From: Tubulanus polymorphus
Taxonomy: Eukaryota; Animalia; Nemertea
DNA length: 64,000 nt
Assembly: GCF_964204645.1 (NCBI RefSeq)
Contig: NC_134031.1
Coordinates: 13,751,807-13,815,806, forward strand
Direction: 5' to 3'
The notes below the pieces were generated by a model. The model made no database searches, had not been told where the DNA came from, and saw nothing but the letters and a program-made list of their open reading frames with translations. Both the position numbers and the translations under genes were made by a program. This document shows, in pieces, positions 1 through 13,414 of the stretch. The first letter of the stretch is position 1; each line of letters starts with the position of its first letter.

Positions 1-576
1 TAAAATATTTAATATACTAGAATTACATGTTGTATCTTTAGTTGCTTCGAATGTTTTTGTTGGGTCAATAAAATTGCAATAAATATAAAAATGTGTAAAA
101 GGTATTATATTTGAATTACCGTCTACGTTTCCTGTAACAGTTTGTGGTTTAATTCCTAACAGTTTAGCTAAAGGTTTCCTTACCATAAATGCATGTTTGT
201 TTTCATCATCTAACTTTATTTTAATTTTATTAGAACTATCACTTTTTATAAATCTAATTGAAAATTTATCTTCACTTTTAAGTTTTAATCGTGCTCTCCG
301 ATTAATTTCTTGTGCTAATGTATCTAAATTATATAATCCTGGTTTTAAAATTAGTTGAAACCATTTATTTATATTTCTAATATGAATTAAAAAGTCTCTA
401 TGATCAAAACTTTTATCCGATATATTATGAAAAGAATTACATAAACTTATATTAACTAATTTTAAATCTACACAATTCTTAAATTCTCTATCTAATTGTA
501 CTAATAAATTATGAGATTTATAATTTGTAAGTTTTCTAGAATCAACAAATATTCTGTATTCTTTTAATTCCGCCAT
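1..576 (-). CDS. Minor capsid (penton, single jelly-roll)-like protein, truncated by the window edge
   Basis: Not in the ORF track; manual translation from ATG at 576 is open to position 1: MAELKEYRIFVDSRK...PGLYNLDTLAQEIN...LAKLLGI...FYIYCNFID...SSILNIL. The G-x-Y..L..IN, LLG and YIYCN..S.IL pattern resembles Polinton penton proteins. Confidence 0.7.
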   Translation of the reverse strand, partial: MAELKEYRIFVDSRKLTNYKSHNLLVQLDREFKNCVDLKLVNISLCNSFHNISDKSFDHRDFLIHIRNINKWFQLILKPGLYNLDTLAQEINRRARLKLKSEDKFSIRFIKSDSSNKIKIKLDDENKHAFMVRKPLAKLLGIKPQTVTGNVDGNSNIIPFTHFYIYCNFIDPTKTFEATKDTTCNSSILNIL

Positions 577-593
577 TTATTTTACATATTTTC

Positions 594-935
594 TCATTCG
601 AAATCTATTTCATGGTGCCCTTTTTCATTCTTACCTTTGTATACGAAATAGAAATCTCCAGAACATAATTCTTCTAGATCTTCACTTGATAATCTATGAA
701 ATCTATCTGGTAAATAAGTTCTGAATTTATGTATATTTCCTTTTAATCCTTCATATTCTAAATGAATTACTAATTTATCTCCATATTTGTTAGTAACTGT
801 AACAATGTTAGTAATTAAATATTTCTTGTGAATTGTTAACTCAGTTAGTTTTTTGAATTTATGATCTACAGATTTTACATTTGTGGTATCTTTAATTCTA
901 TCTAAGAATTCATTGTGTACTTGTTTACTCTCCAT
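594..935 (-). CDS. Small Polinton hypothetical protein, possibly OB-fold/ssDNA-binding
   Basis: Intact 113-aa ORF between PolB and the penton-like ORF, same strand and composition, with TAAATG start context; function is a guess from beta-rich motifs (KYG..LVIHL, YLPDRF, FVYKG). Confidence 0.65.
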   Translation of the reverse strand: MESKQVHNEFLDRIKDTTNVKSVDHKFKKLTELTIHKKYLITNIVTVTNKYGDKLVIHLEYEGLKGNIHKFRTYLPDRFHRLSSEDLEELCSGDFYFVYKGKNEKGHHEIDFE

Positions 936-963
936 TTATTATACAAATTTTTATTGAAATTGA

Positions 964-3900
964 TTAACACGCTAGAATCCTTTTCATAATCTCATTTTCT
1001 TTTGTTTCTTCTCTTTTGAATTTTATATATTCATCTAAATTGCAACCATAGGCGACTGTGTGGATTCCATCATCTAAAATATATCTTTTATCATCAAATG
1101 GGTTTAGACTTATCTTCTCTATCTCTTCAATATACATTTCATGATCTTCAGATCTTAAACATTTCATCTTATGTTTTCTAACTTCTTCATTAAATATACA
1201 ATTGATGTAATCTTTGAAATGAATATTCTTTTCAACAACGCTTTTGGTAATTCCTTTTAACTTTTTAGCTTCATGTTCTTTAGTTTTATATGAATACATT
1301 TTAGATCTAATACCAATGAACTCTATCATTTCTTCACCACCTAATTCATCCTTAAACTTCCCAGGAACTTTTTTATTATCATTGCTAAACAATTCATGAT
1401 TTTTAGGATAATTACTAAAATCAAAATGGTGTTTTAATGTTTTTAAATCATCTGTTATGTTATCAGTTTTTATCTTTAATATGTAATTGTTGGTATCAAA
1501 GTATAGAATTTCTATGTGTTTTTCTCCAAAATGAGGTTGTAATATGTTATAATAAAATTGATACATTAATAACTTTGAAATTTCTAGAACTGATGCACCA
1601 ACATAAATAGGTTTATTGAACTTCATTGAAGTTCTTTTCATTTTAACTGCTGCTAAATTTTCATCAAATATTCTGTTACCTATAAACTTAGGATATGATT
1701 GTAAATGTCTAATTCTTTTACCATTACTAACTAACTCAATATCATTTCTATTTCTAATATTTTCACAAGTCTTACCATAGAATGCATTATTCATTAACTT
1801 GAAGAAATCTTTTTCAAAATCAGTTTTAGATTTAGTTCTCTGTGTAGTATTAAAATCTATATATTTTTCTAACCATTTAGATTGATTAAATGAAATATAT
1901 CTATGTACTTTTTTTATAATCATTCCTTGATTCAAATAAAACTTCAACATTCTATAATGCACAACGTAATTATATTTATCTTCTTGAGTTACCATTAACT
2001 TTTCAGTATGAATATGATTATCAGGTTTAATTCTTTTTTGATAATTTGATAATTCTTCATGTTTAACAGTTTTATGTTCGGGACAATATGCTAGATTTCT
2101 AGATTTGAATTTAATATTTTCGGGGTATTCCAAGTCTACAACAAAGAAGTAACCAGTATCTGAATCATCTGCAATATCTAGGATTCTTTTCTTCCAATCA
2201 AATTTATCAATTTGTAAAACTTCAGTTATTTCAAACATCCCATAAGGTTGTGGTTCCATCATTGCCCAACCATAAAGATTATTTGCATCTATGTATAATA
2301 ATTTATATCCAGGATTATCATTTACATTGAAATATCTATCACCCAATACACCTGAAACACCTCCTCTTATAGATTTTTCAAATAATAGTAATTGATCTAT
2401 ATTTGTTAACAAATCCATTTTTATATCTGTAAATTTTAATCCACAATCCCATGTTAATCCTGGTGATGAATAACAATGACAAGGATCAATATTGAAATAT
2501 TTTAGGTTTACATCTCTAAACCTTTCGAATATATCGGTTAATAATAATACATCTGATTTTAAATATAAATCTACTAATTGCCCATGATTTTCTATTTTGA
2601 AATGATTCCAAATATTCAATGTTCTATTATATACTTCATCTTTAACATATTCATTTTTTAATTCATCATAGAATTGTTCTTTCAATAATTCAGTTATTTT
2701 AAAATCATTATGATTTTTATAGAAAGAATATGGAATCGCTCCTTTAAATCTCATTAATTGGAAATCATCATTATTTGGGTAATATTCTTTTAATATTTTT
2801 AATTCATCATCAACTAATGATTTTGATAAGTTATCTAATGAACTATTTAAAAATCTATATGAATCTATAAATCTTAGACAACCAAATTGGAATGATATAT
2901 AATTCTCAGATGTTTTAGCTAACATTCTAAATTTATAAGTTGGTATTTTATCTTTTGGTCTATTTGAATTTAATATTTCTATTTCATTATTGATTTCTTC
3001 TATTTTATGACATAACTGTTTGATAAATAAATGTGCATCATACCCTGATAGATTATGAAATATAACTGGTACAAAGTTAATTTTCTTAGCTTGTAAGTTA
3101 CAATTCTCATGCGCTGCGCCTCTAAACTTTCCATTCAAATGATCATGATCTCTTACTTTTTTATCTTTATAATTAAATATCTTTTCACAATAATAACATT
3201 TATCTGCAAACTCAAATTCTTCTTTATCTTCTTCTGTCATTATAATTTCTATATTTTTATTTAACTTTTCATTAAATTTTATTTCATATTCAATTAATAA
3301 GTCACAAAAATGATTGATAACATTTTCATTTCTATAATTATAATATTCACTTTCGATTAGTTCTGGATAATCAGATTTAATATATAACCCGAAAGCTGCA
3401 GCTGATTGATGAATCTTTTTAATAGTATTTGTTATTGGTGGTTCATCTGAATAATCACTTTCATTAGAATTTAATTTCTTTCTTTTATAATATATATCTT
3501 TTCTATCTTTATCTGTTAATTCTTTATTTAATGATTCAAAATCTCCATATATTACAAATGGTACTTTATTTTTGTAATCATATTTTTTGAATTCTAATAT
3601 TTTATCCTTTTCATTTGGTAAAACTAATTTACAATAATCATGATTATCACATAGTTGTTTATGATTTAATAATGTACTTTCATTACTAAATCTATGTAAA
3701 CATTTTCTACATAGATATATTTTATTATGGTGATCACTTTCTGTTCTAAAAAATAAATCTATTTGTTTAATCCACATATAATGATTCTCATAATATAATA
3801 TATCTATAACATCGTTTGAATCATAATCTTTTGATAGGTATAAAGGTTCTAATGTATAATGTTTAATATTATTTCCTTTTGTATTTGGTAATTTGATTAA

Positions 3901-4995
3901 ATCAAATACATTTATTTTAAGATTATTATCTCTTTCTATTTTGGGGATGTTTTTAATTCTAACAGGATACTTATCTATCTTATAATTATTTTCAAATGGT
4001 TTATAATGAGTTAATCTAAAACTATGTGTAATATCTTCTGTTGGATGTAAACAACTTATTATAGCCCATAGAAAACATTTATCATCTTCATTTTGTATAT
4101 TTATTACAGCATTAGTTTTAAATGGTAGTTTAATATAACTTGTTCCATTTATACTATCATCTTTATAATATGATAAATTATTTTCATCAATTGGTTTTGA
4201 TTTAGTTAACTTATTATATTTTGTGTTATAAACATGTAAAGTTATAAATATTATCTCATCAAATATTAAACCAGATCCTTCAAAATATTTTTCTTCTATT
4301 TTAGTTTTTATTTCATTATAACATTTTTCTAATTTATCATCTATATGTTGTTTAGATATAATATGTTGTGAATGAGAATTTATATTATATATTGGTTTAT
4401 CTTCAGATTTTATAAACTTTACTTTAACTGATATACTAATTTTAGGATATTCAACATCTGTAATTATTTTTATTATTTCTTTCATATTTTCTAAATGTTT
4501 TTTATTTTCTTCTAATGTTTTACCTTTATGAAATTTAAACTCGATAGCTGCTGGACCAATATCACTTTTAAATGCTTCGGTTATCTCTATATCTTTTTTA
4601 TTATCTAATGAATTAATATAATTTCTTACATCTTCCATATATGGTCTTTTATTGTTTAATTTATTTTTTATTCTTTTAATTGTCTTCTGTTTCTTATCGT
4701 TATCATTATCAAAATAATCTTCACCTAAAATATCATTATTCTTATTTCTAATATGACTTATAGATTTTAAATGTTCTTTATAATATCTTTTATCACTGAA
4801 TGATTGATTACATGTATCACATTTATATGTTTCTTTTTCATTCTTTAATTCTTCTAATTTAGTTTCTAATATATCATCTTCATATTCTAATTTCAATTTA
4901 TTCTCTAAATGTGTTAAAGTTTTATTGTGTCTTGCTTTTTGGGATTTATCTATACTTATCTTACATGTTGGGCAGTAGTATTTATTTGCTTCCAT
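964..4995 (-). CDS. polB: Protein-primed family B DNA polymerase with N-terminal C2H2 fingers, OTU-like protease region and endonuclease VII-like insertion; motif C altered (DTNN)
   Basis: 1343 aa; ExoI YGDFES, ExoII FHNLSGYD, ExoIII YLKSDV, motif A YIDANNLYGWAM, motif B KLMNNAFYGK, motif C YFDTNN, C-terminal KMYSY..KLKG and FDDKRY; NEDDKCFLWAI..HY (OTU-like); CxxC..DHDHLNGKFRGAAHENCN (EndoVII-like). Confidence 0.95.
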   Translation of the reverse strand: MEANKYYCPTCKISIDKSQKARHNKTLTHLENKLKLEYEDDILETKLEELKNEKETYKCDTCNQSFSDKRYYKEHLKSISHIRNKNNDILGEDYFDNDNDKKQKTIKRIKNKLNNKRPYMEDVRNYINSLDNKKDIEITEAFKSDIGPAAIEFKFHKGKTLEENKKHLENMKEIIKIITDVEYPKISISVKVKFIKSEDKPIYNINSHSQHIISKQHIDDKLEKCYNEIKTKIEEKYFEGSGLIFDEIIFITLHVYNTKYNKLTKSKPIDENNLSYYKDDSINGTSYIKLPFKTNAVINIQNEDDKCFLWAIISCLHPTEDITHSFRLTHYKPFENNYKIDKYPVRIKNIPKIERDNNLKINVFDLIKLPNTKGNNIKHYTLEPLYLSKDYDSNDVIDILYYENHYMWIKQIDLFFRTESDHHNKIYLCRKCLHRFSNESTLLNHKQLCDNHDYCKLVLPNEKDKILEFKKYDYKNKVPFVIYGDFESLNKELTDKDRKDIYYKRKKLNSNESDYSDEPPITNTIKKIHQSAAAFGLYIKSDYPELIESEYYNYRNENVINHFCDLLIEYEIKFNEKLNKNIEIIMTEEDKEEFEFADKCYYCEKIFNYKDKKVRDHDHLNGKFRGAAHENCNLQAKKINFVPVIFHNLSGYDAHLFIKQLCHKIEEINNEIEILNSNRPKDKIPTYKFRMLAKTSENYISFQFGCLRFIDSYRFLNSSLDNLSKSLVDDELKILKEYYPNNDDFQLMRFKGAIPYSFYKNHNDFKITELLKEQFYDELKNEYVKDEVYNRTLNIWNHFKIENHGQLVDLYLKSDVLLLTDIFERFRDVNLKYFNIDPCHCYSSPGLTWDCGLKFTDIKMDLLTNIDQLLLFEKSIRGGVSGVLGDRYFNVNDNPGYKLLYIDANNLYGWAMMEPQPYGMFEITEVLQIDKFDWKKRILDIADDSDTGYFFVVDLEYPENIKFKSRNLAYCPEHKTVKHEELSNYQKRIKPDNHIHTEKLMVTQEDKYNYVVHYRMLKFYLNQGMIIKKVHRYISFNQSKWLEKYIDFNTTQRTKSKTDFEKDFFKLMNNAFYGKTCENIRNRNDIELVSNGKRIRHLQSYPKFIGNRIFDENLAAVKMKRTSMKFNKPIYVGASVLEISKLLMYQFYYNILQPHFGEKHIEILYFDTNNYILKIKTDNITDDLKTLKHHFDFSNYPKNHELFSNDNKKVPGKFKDELGGEEMIEFIGIRSKMYSYKTKEHEAKKLKGITKSVVEKNIHFKDYINCIFNEEVRKHKMKCLRSEDHEMYIEEIEKISLNPFDDKRYILDDGIHTVAYGCNLDEYIKFKREETKENEIMKRILAC

Positions 4996-5075
4996 TTTAA
5001 TACTATATTTTTTATTAAAATTGATTTTAGAAGTTCAATGATTTAAATGTTATTCATTTATGTGAATATTTTAAG

Positions 5076-5262
5076 AGTAATAGGGATAATAGGCTTTCGT
5101 ATCAAAGGTTGAAGGGGCGAGTGAGTAAAAAAATGAAAATAATAATAATTTACAGTTGAATTAGGAGTGTGCGCGACTAATTCAACTGTAAATTATTATT
5201 TTCATTTTTTTACGAGCTCGACCCTTCGACCTTTGGTATGAAAGCCTATTATCCCTATTACT
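5076..5262. repeat. 187-bp near-perfect palindrome (hairpin) with a 12-nt loop
   Basis: agtaatagggataataggctttc...gttgaattag [gagtgtgcgcga] ctaattcaac...gaaagcctattatccctattact. Confidence 0.95.
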
Positions 5263-5945
5263 TCCAGTACTGGTACCAATAAGATTTTTTGATCCAAATA
5301 ATCAGCATAGGAACATATATGTTATAGCAGTCACAAAGTAAACATTAAAAAAACGAAACCATTTTATAATCTTTCATATCATTTAATTCTAAAAGATAAA
5401 CCACATTCTTCGCTTATAACAACAATGTAGACACACAACACGCATGAACAATCCTAAGCCAGAATGAAATATACATAATGTCTATTTATTTTCGTCTGAC
5501 ATCGATCCAGTTCCACAGTTGTGAGTTAACTCTGAGTTACTTAGAATTAATTCATTTCCAATGTTTTAAATCCAGAGACCAGAGTCAAATCTTAACTCGG
5601 AAGTGAGTCCTTGAGAATGACCCATGGCGTCATCACAAATCCTACGTTTACGTACCATCGATTTGTATTCCTTCAGTTAATGCAGCGATACTCTGTATCA
5701 CTGAATTCGCAAAGCACGTATTGCCTAGGTTCTCCATTATTTGGAACAGTATCGTTAAGTTGTTGACTGGCGATATAATAGATTATCAAATACTAATTCC
5801 CGGTGTTGAAAACCTGGGTCCGGTGCCCTGTCCGATAGTGGGTATCCCCGTGGGATAACCCGTATAGTATTTATAGTAAAAATGAAGAAATTCCGCGTTT
5901 TTGGAAAATTCCGCAATTCCGTCTTTCCGCGATATGACAACACCG

Positions 5946-7340
5946 ATAGTCCAGGGTGTATTAGCCACTATTCTTTTATATCCGACTAAATGCACCTTTT
6001 TTATTTTTAGATTCAGGCTTAGAATGTGCAAATTTTTTGAGATACTGAGAAATCAGATGGCACCAGTAAACTTCAACTGCGAAATTTGCAGCAGGATAGC
6101 TGAACGACACAATTTTTAAAAATAAAATGACTATTCGAATGCTATTTCAATAATAACTTGATTCAACCAGAGAGAAATAAGTCAATTGCGGATGTACAGT
6201 ACACCCACTTTTCTTCCCTGTTTCCTGGTACCAAATTTTTAGTCTTAAGCTAAGCGATATTCTAAGGTATGCTAGTGGATTTCATTAGAATATGAAGCAA
6301 TGGAACCAGAATTCTAGCCAGAGTTAAGCGAACTATTGATTCTGATATAATATAAGAACTGATTTCCTTTGTGTATTCTTGCAGAATGTGTTATGTATTG
6401 TTTCAAGCTGTTAAATAATATAGTTAGACAAATGTCCTATTATTGGATCTTTCTTGTTGACTCGTTTAATTTTGTGAGTTAAGAGTTCCAGTCAATCCAC
6501 AATGTGCAGTGCCTAGCCTTCATCTACACTAAAGCCAAGCCTGTGTATGGGAAAAAGATATCGTTCGACTCCTATAGGCCAGACAAATCAAAGCATGCAA
6601 TCCATTGCAGATAGTAGTCTCCGGCAAGACGAAAGATAAAGTAAACCAGGTTTTACCCCGTACCCTACCCGGGAACAAAGACACTTAAAGATTCCTTCCT
6701 CCTTGTAGACATTGTAGAAATATGGCACCCAATCGTAGCAATGCTAAGTACAGTATACTATGACGGTTGAACCTTTATTAACGAATTTCAATGACACCGA
6801 AAATAGAATCAAAATATTCATTAGTTCCATGCTAGCACTTAATTTGGGTTATCGGGTTCAGCCTAACTGTACTTTCATTCAGCAACTACTTGCATGAGAC
6901 TTGGCAATGATAAGTTGCAAGAAATCACCAAACATAAGAAAAAATATTGTGAATTAATATTACTGTAATTAAGAATTTATTCAAATGAAGTGATAACTTC
7001 ATTGTTAGATCGTACCGGTATATGCACATAAAACTATGGCAAAAAACACATCTAACAATCCACGCAATCCGCAATCGATCAAGTCGATCATGACGACGAC
7101 CTTAAGGCATGTCTCTGTAACCGAAGGTAGAGCATAAAACACGGTTCAGGACTCGTCAGCGGACACCGGCCCGGAAAACATTTCAAAACGTGTATTGTCG
7201 GTACCTAGCACGATTTCAGCGTTTTTCGGGAATTCCCTGAAATTTCGGCGTTTTTCGGAAATTCCCTGAAATTTCAGCGTTTTTATTTCAGCGTTTCAGC
7301 TTTTCAGTGTTTCAGCTTTTTCAGCGAAATTCAGGAACCG
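5946..7340 (-). mobile_element. Truncated second copy of the MULE-like element at 13415-15746, inverted
   Basis: Reverse complement matches 13415-14779 almost base for base; keeps one TIR ending ...ttcaggaaccg at 7340. Confidence 0.9.
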
Positions 7341-8219
7341 CTTGGAACCTGCGTGACAGGGATAATCCAGCTAGCCGAAAATTATATTTGTTTGCTGAAC
7401 GAAATAAAGCTATATTCGTAACGGAAGAAGAGTTTGTGTGTTACTGACAGATCTTGAAGTGCTGATCATCTACGTCATATGGAGATATAAGTAACAGTAA
7501 TAGTTATAGGAAAATACTGTTGCTAAACTTTCTATGAGAGCCGGTGTATGTTTGTATATTTTTGGCCATGTTCGAACCCTCTGGCGAGTCCCCAACCTTT
7601 CACCCTCGTTGTTTTCAGCCGGCATAATCGTTTCGTGTATATGCAGAAAATATATTATATGTTTTTTCAATATTATTCCAGGTGCGTAGCGAGTGTGGCT
7701 AAGTCTTATTTTAGCTGAACTAACTTAGATAGTGCTGTCTGCTTTAGATTTTATTTGTGGGTTTCATCTTGCGATGTATTATTCTAAGAGATCATTATTG
7801 TAACGGTTTATTTCATTGAGTTCAGAACCACTGTCATGTAAACAAAAGTTTTAGGATAGCCAGTCAAGTTATTAAAGAGACCTCGAACAGTTTGTTCATT
7901 GTGTTACAGAATTTTAAGGTAGATGGGAAAGGTGATTGGATGAAATGATTTCTTTTGTCTTGTATTATGCAACCGATTATGTAGTTTGATATATTAAGTG
8001 TCTGCGGTTCCTGTCAGCTCTCTCGTCGCGGGTCTCTTAGCTGCCCGTTTACATGGCTTTTGTCATGTTGGCTAGGGGTTGGCCGGGCGGTCCTTTTTTC
8101 TCTATGCATTTCGGTTATGAAGATTTGGCCCCGCTTGTACGGTGCATTGGCAGTTAATCTATAGCCCATTAGATTCGTATATGATAGTCTAGAGGGATCG
8201 CCTTTTCAACCCCTAGTGA

Positions 8220-12122
<3,903 letters not shown>

Positions 12123-12124
12123 CA

Positions 12125-13140
12125 TTACCGATAAAACGAAAGTGATGATATTCGGAAAGAAGCTCAAAGCGTTACCCAATTTTTTACATAGACGGAAATG
12201 AAATAGAACTGTTAAGATTTTCGATACCTAGGGATAATACTCAACTACACTGGGTCGTTTAGCAAGTGAAAGGAAAGTATTTGTGAACATGCCAAGAAGA
12301 GTCTATTTTTGTACTTAAAAGGTGAAAGAACCGTTACTGGATCTGAATGTAGTTATTTGACTCAATTGCACCAATTCTAACTTTTTGGGCTCAGGTTTGG
12401 GTTTTCGAGGATGTACAATGTATTGAAAGAAAGAGTCCATCCCCTTTTTTGCAAGTGTGTACTCAAACTCAAGCGGTCAACTCCAAATGGTATGACTAGG
12501 TTGTTTCCCCCTTTGAAATAATAATCAAGGTCAGGTTAATACATTCTGGGGGAATCTAATAGTCGCAAGACAAGAGACGGTGTTTTGGTAAACTGTATCA
12601 AGTTTTATCAAATAACATTAACATTTTATTAAATAATATGAATTCTAAATGGATGACTTTTGCCAAATCTATTCGCAAAAATTGCGGCTTTGGTGAATTC
12701 TGGTTCTATCAAAATTTCCCTAGTGTCAAATACCTTGGTCAAATAGTTAAGCAAGACTGCAAGTCCAATTTATTATTTATTCAAAAATGGCAAACCGACA
12801 ACTCATTCAAATGGTCGATATATAGGAATATTAAACTAGATTGGGGCCGAGTATTTTTCTTTTTTATCTACACAAAATTTCATTCCCATCCGTAAATTTA
12901 GATACTCAAACCTCAAGCTCCCAATCGAAATTGGTCGCTATGACAAAATAACCGGGAAGATCGAATTTGCAACTAATGTTATAGAAACAAACTGGGTGAC
13001 GAGTATCATTTTATTTTCCAGTGCGACTTTTATAACCAAATTAGACAACGTTATCTTCCTGGCTACTTCTTAAACAGACTAAGCTTATAAGCTTTGCAAA
13101 CAATTTTCAGTGTGACGAAATGTGTATTCGGGTTATCAGT
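12125..13140 (+). mobile_element. Older, 5'-truncated RTE-X-like fragment
   Basis: Remnants GFGEFW, KFRYSNLKLPIEIGRY and GDEYHFIFQC spread over several frames. Confidence 0.7.
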
Positions 13141-13414
13141 CTATATTAGACCAACCGGTATATGTGAAACCACTTATCAGCAAATACGGCAAATCACTCC
13201 TCTTGATAAACTCAGATGATCTCAAGGTTCATGCTGGTTTTTAAGGTGGTTTTTACTGATCACCATTCAAAGAACTTATATGGATAGATTTTAATTGAAT
13301 ATGAGAATAAATCCGGGAGTTGTTGTCTGAGTGCACACTTGCGAACCTGGTGAATCCTCGCTTGCAACAAGTGGAATCCTCGATTGCCACAGTCGAACGT
13401 AGAGTCCTCATTAC

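Larger units (their letters stand above)
1..5075 (-). mobile_element. Polinton/Maverick (adintovirus-like) endogenous viral element, right-hand part; continues beyond the window start
   Basis: Three intronless co-oriented ORFs with 17- and 28-bp intergenic gaps, including a protein-primed PolB and a penton-like ORF; markedly more AT-rich than the flanking DNA, with composition changing near 5075. Confidence 0.9.
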
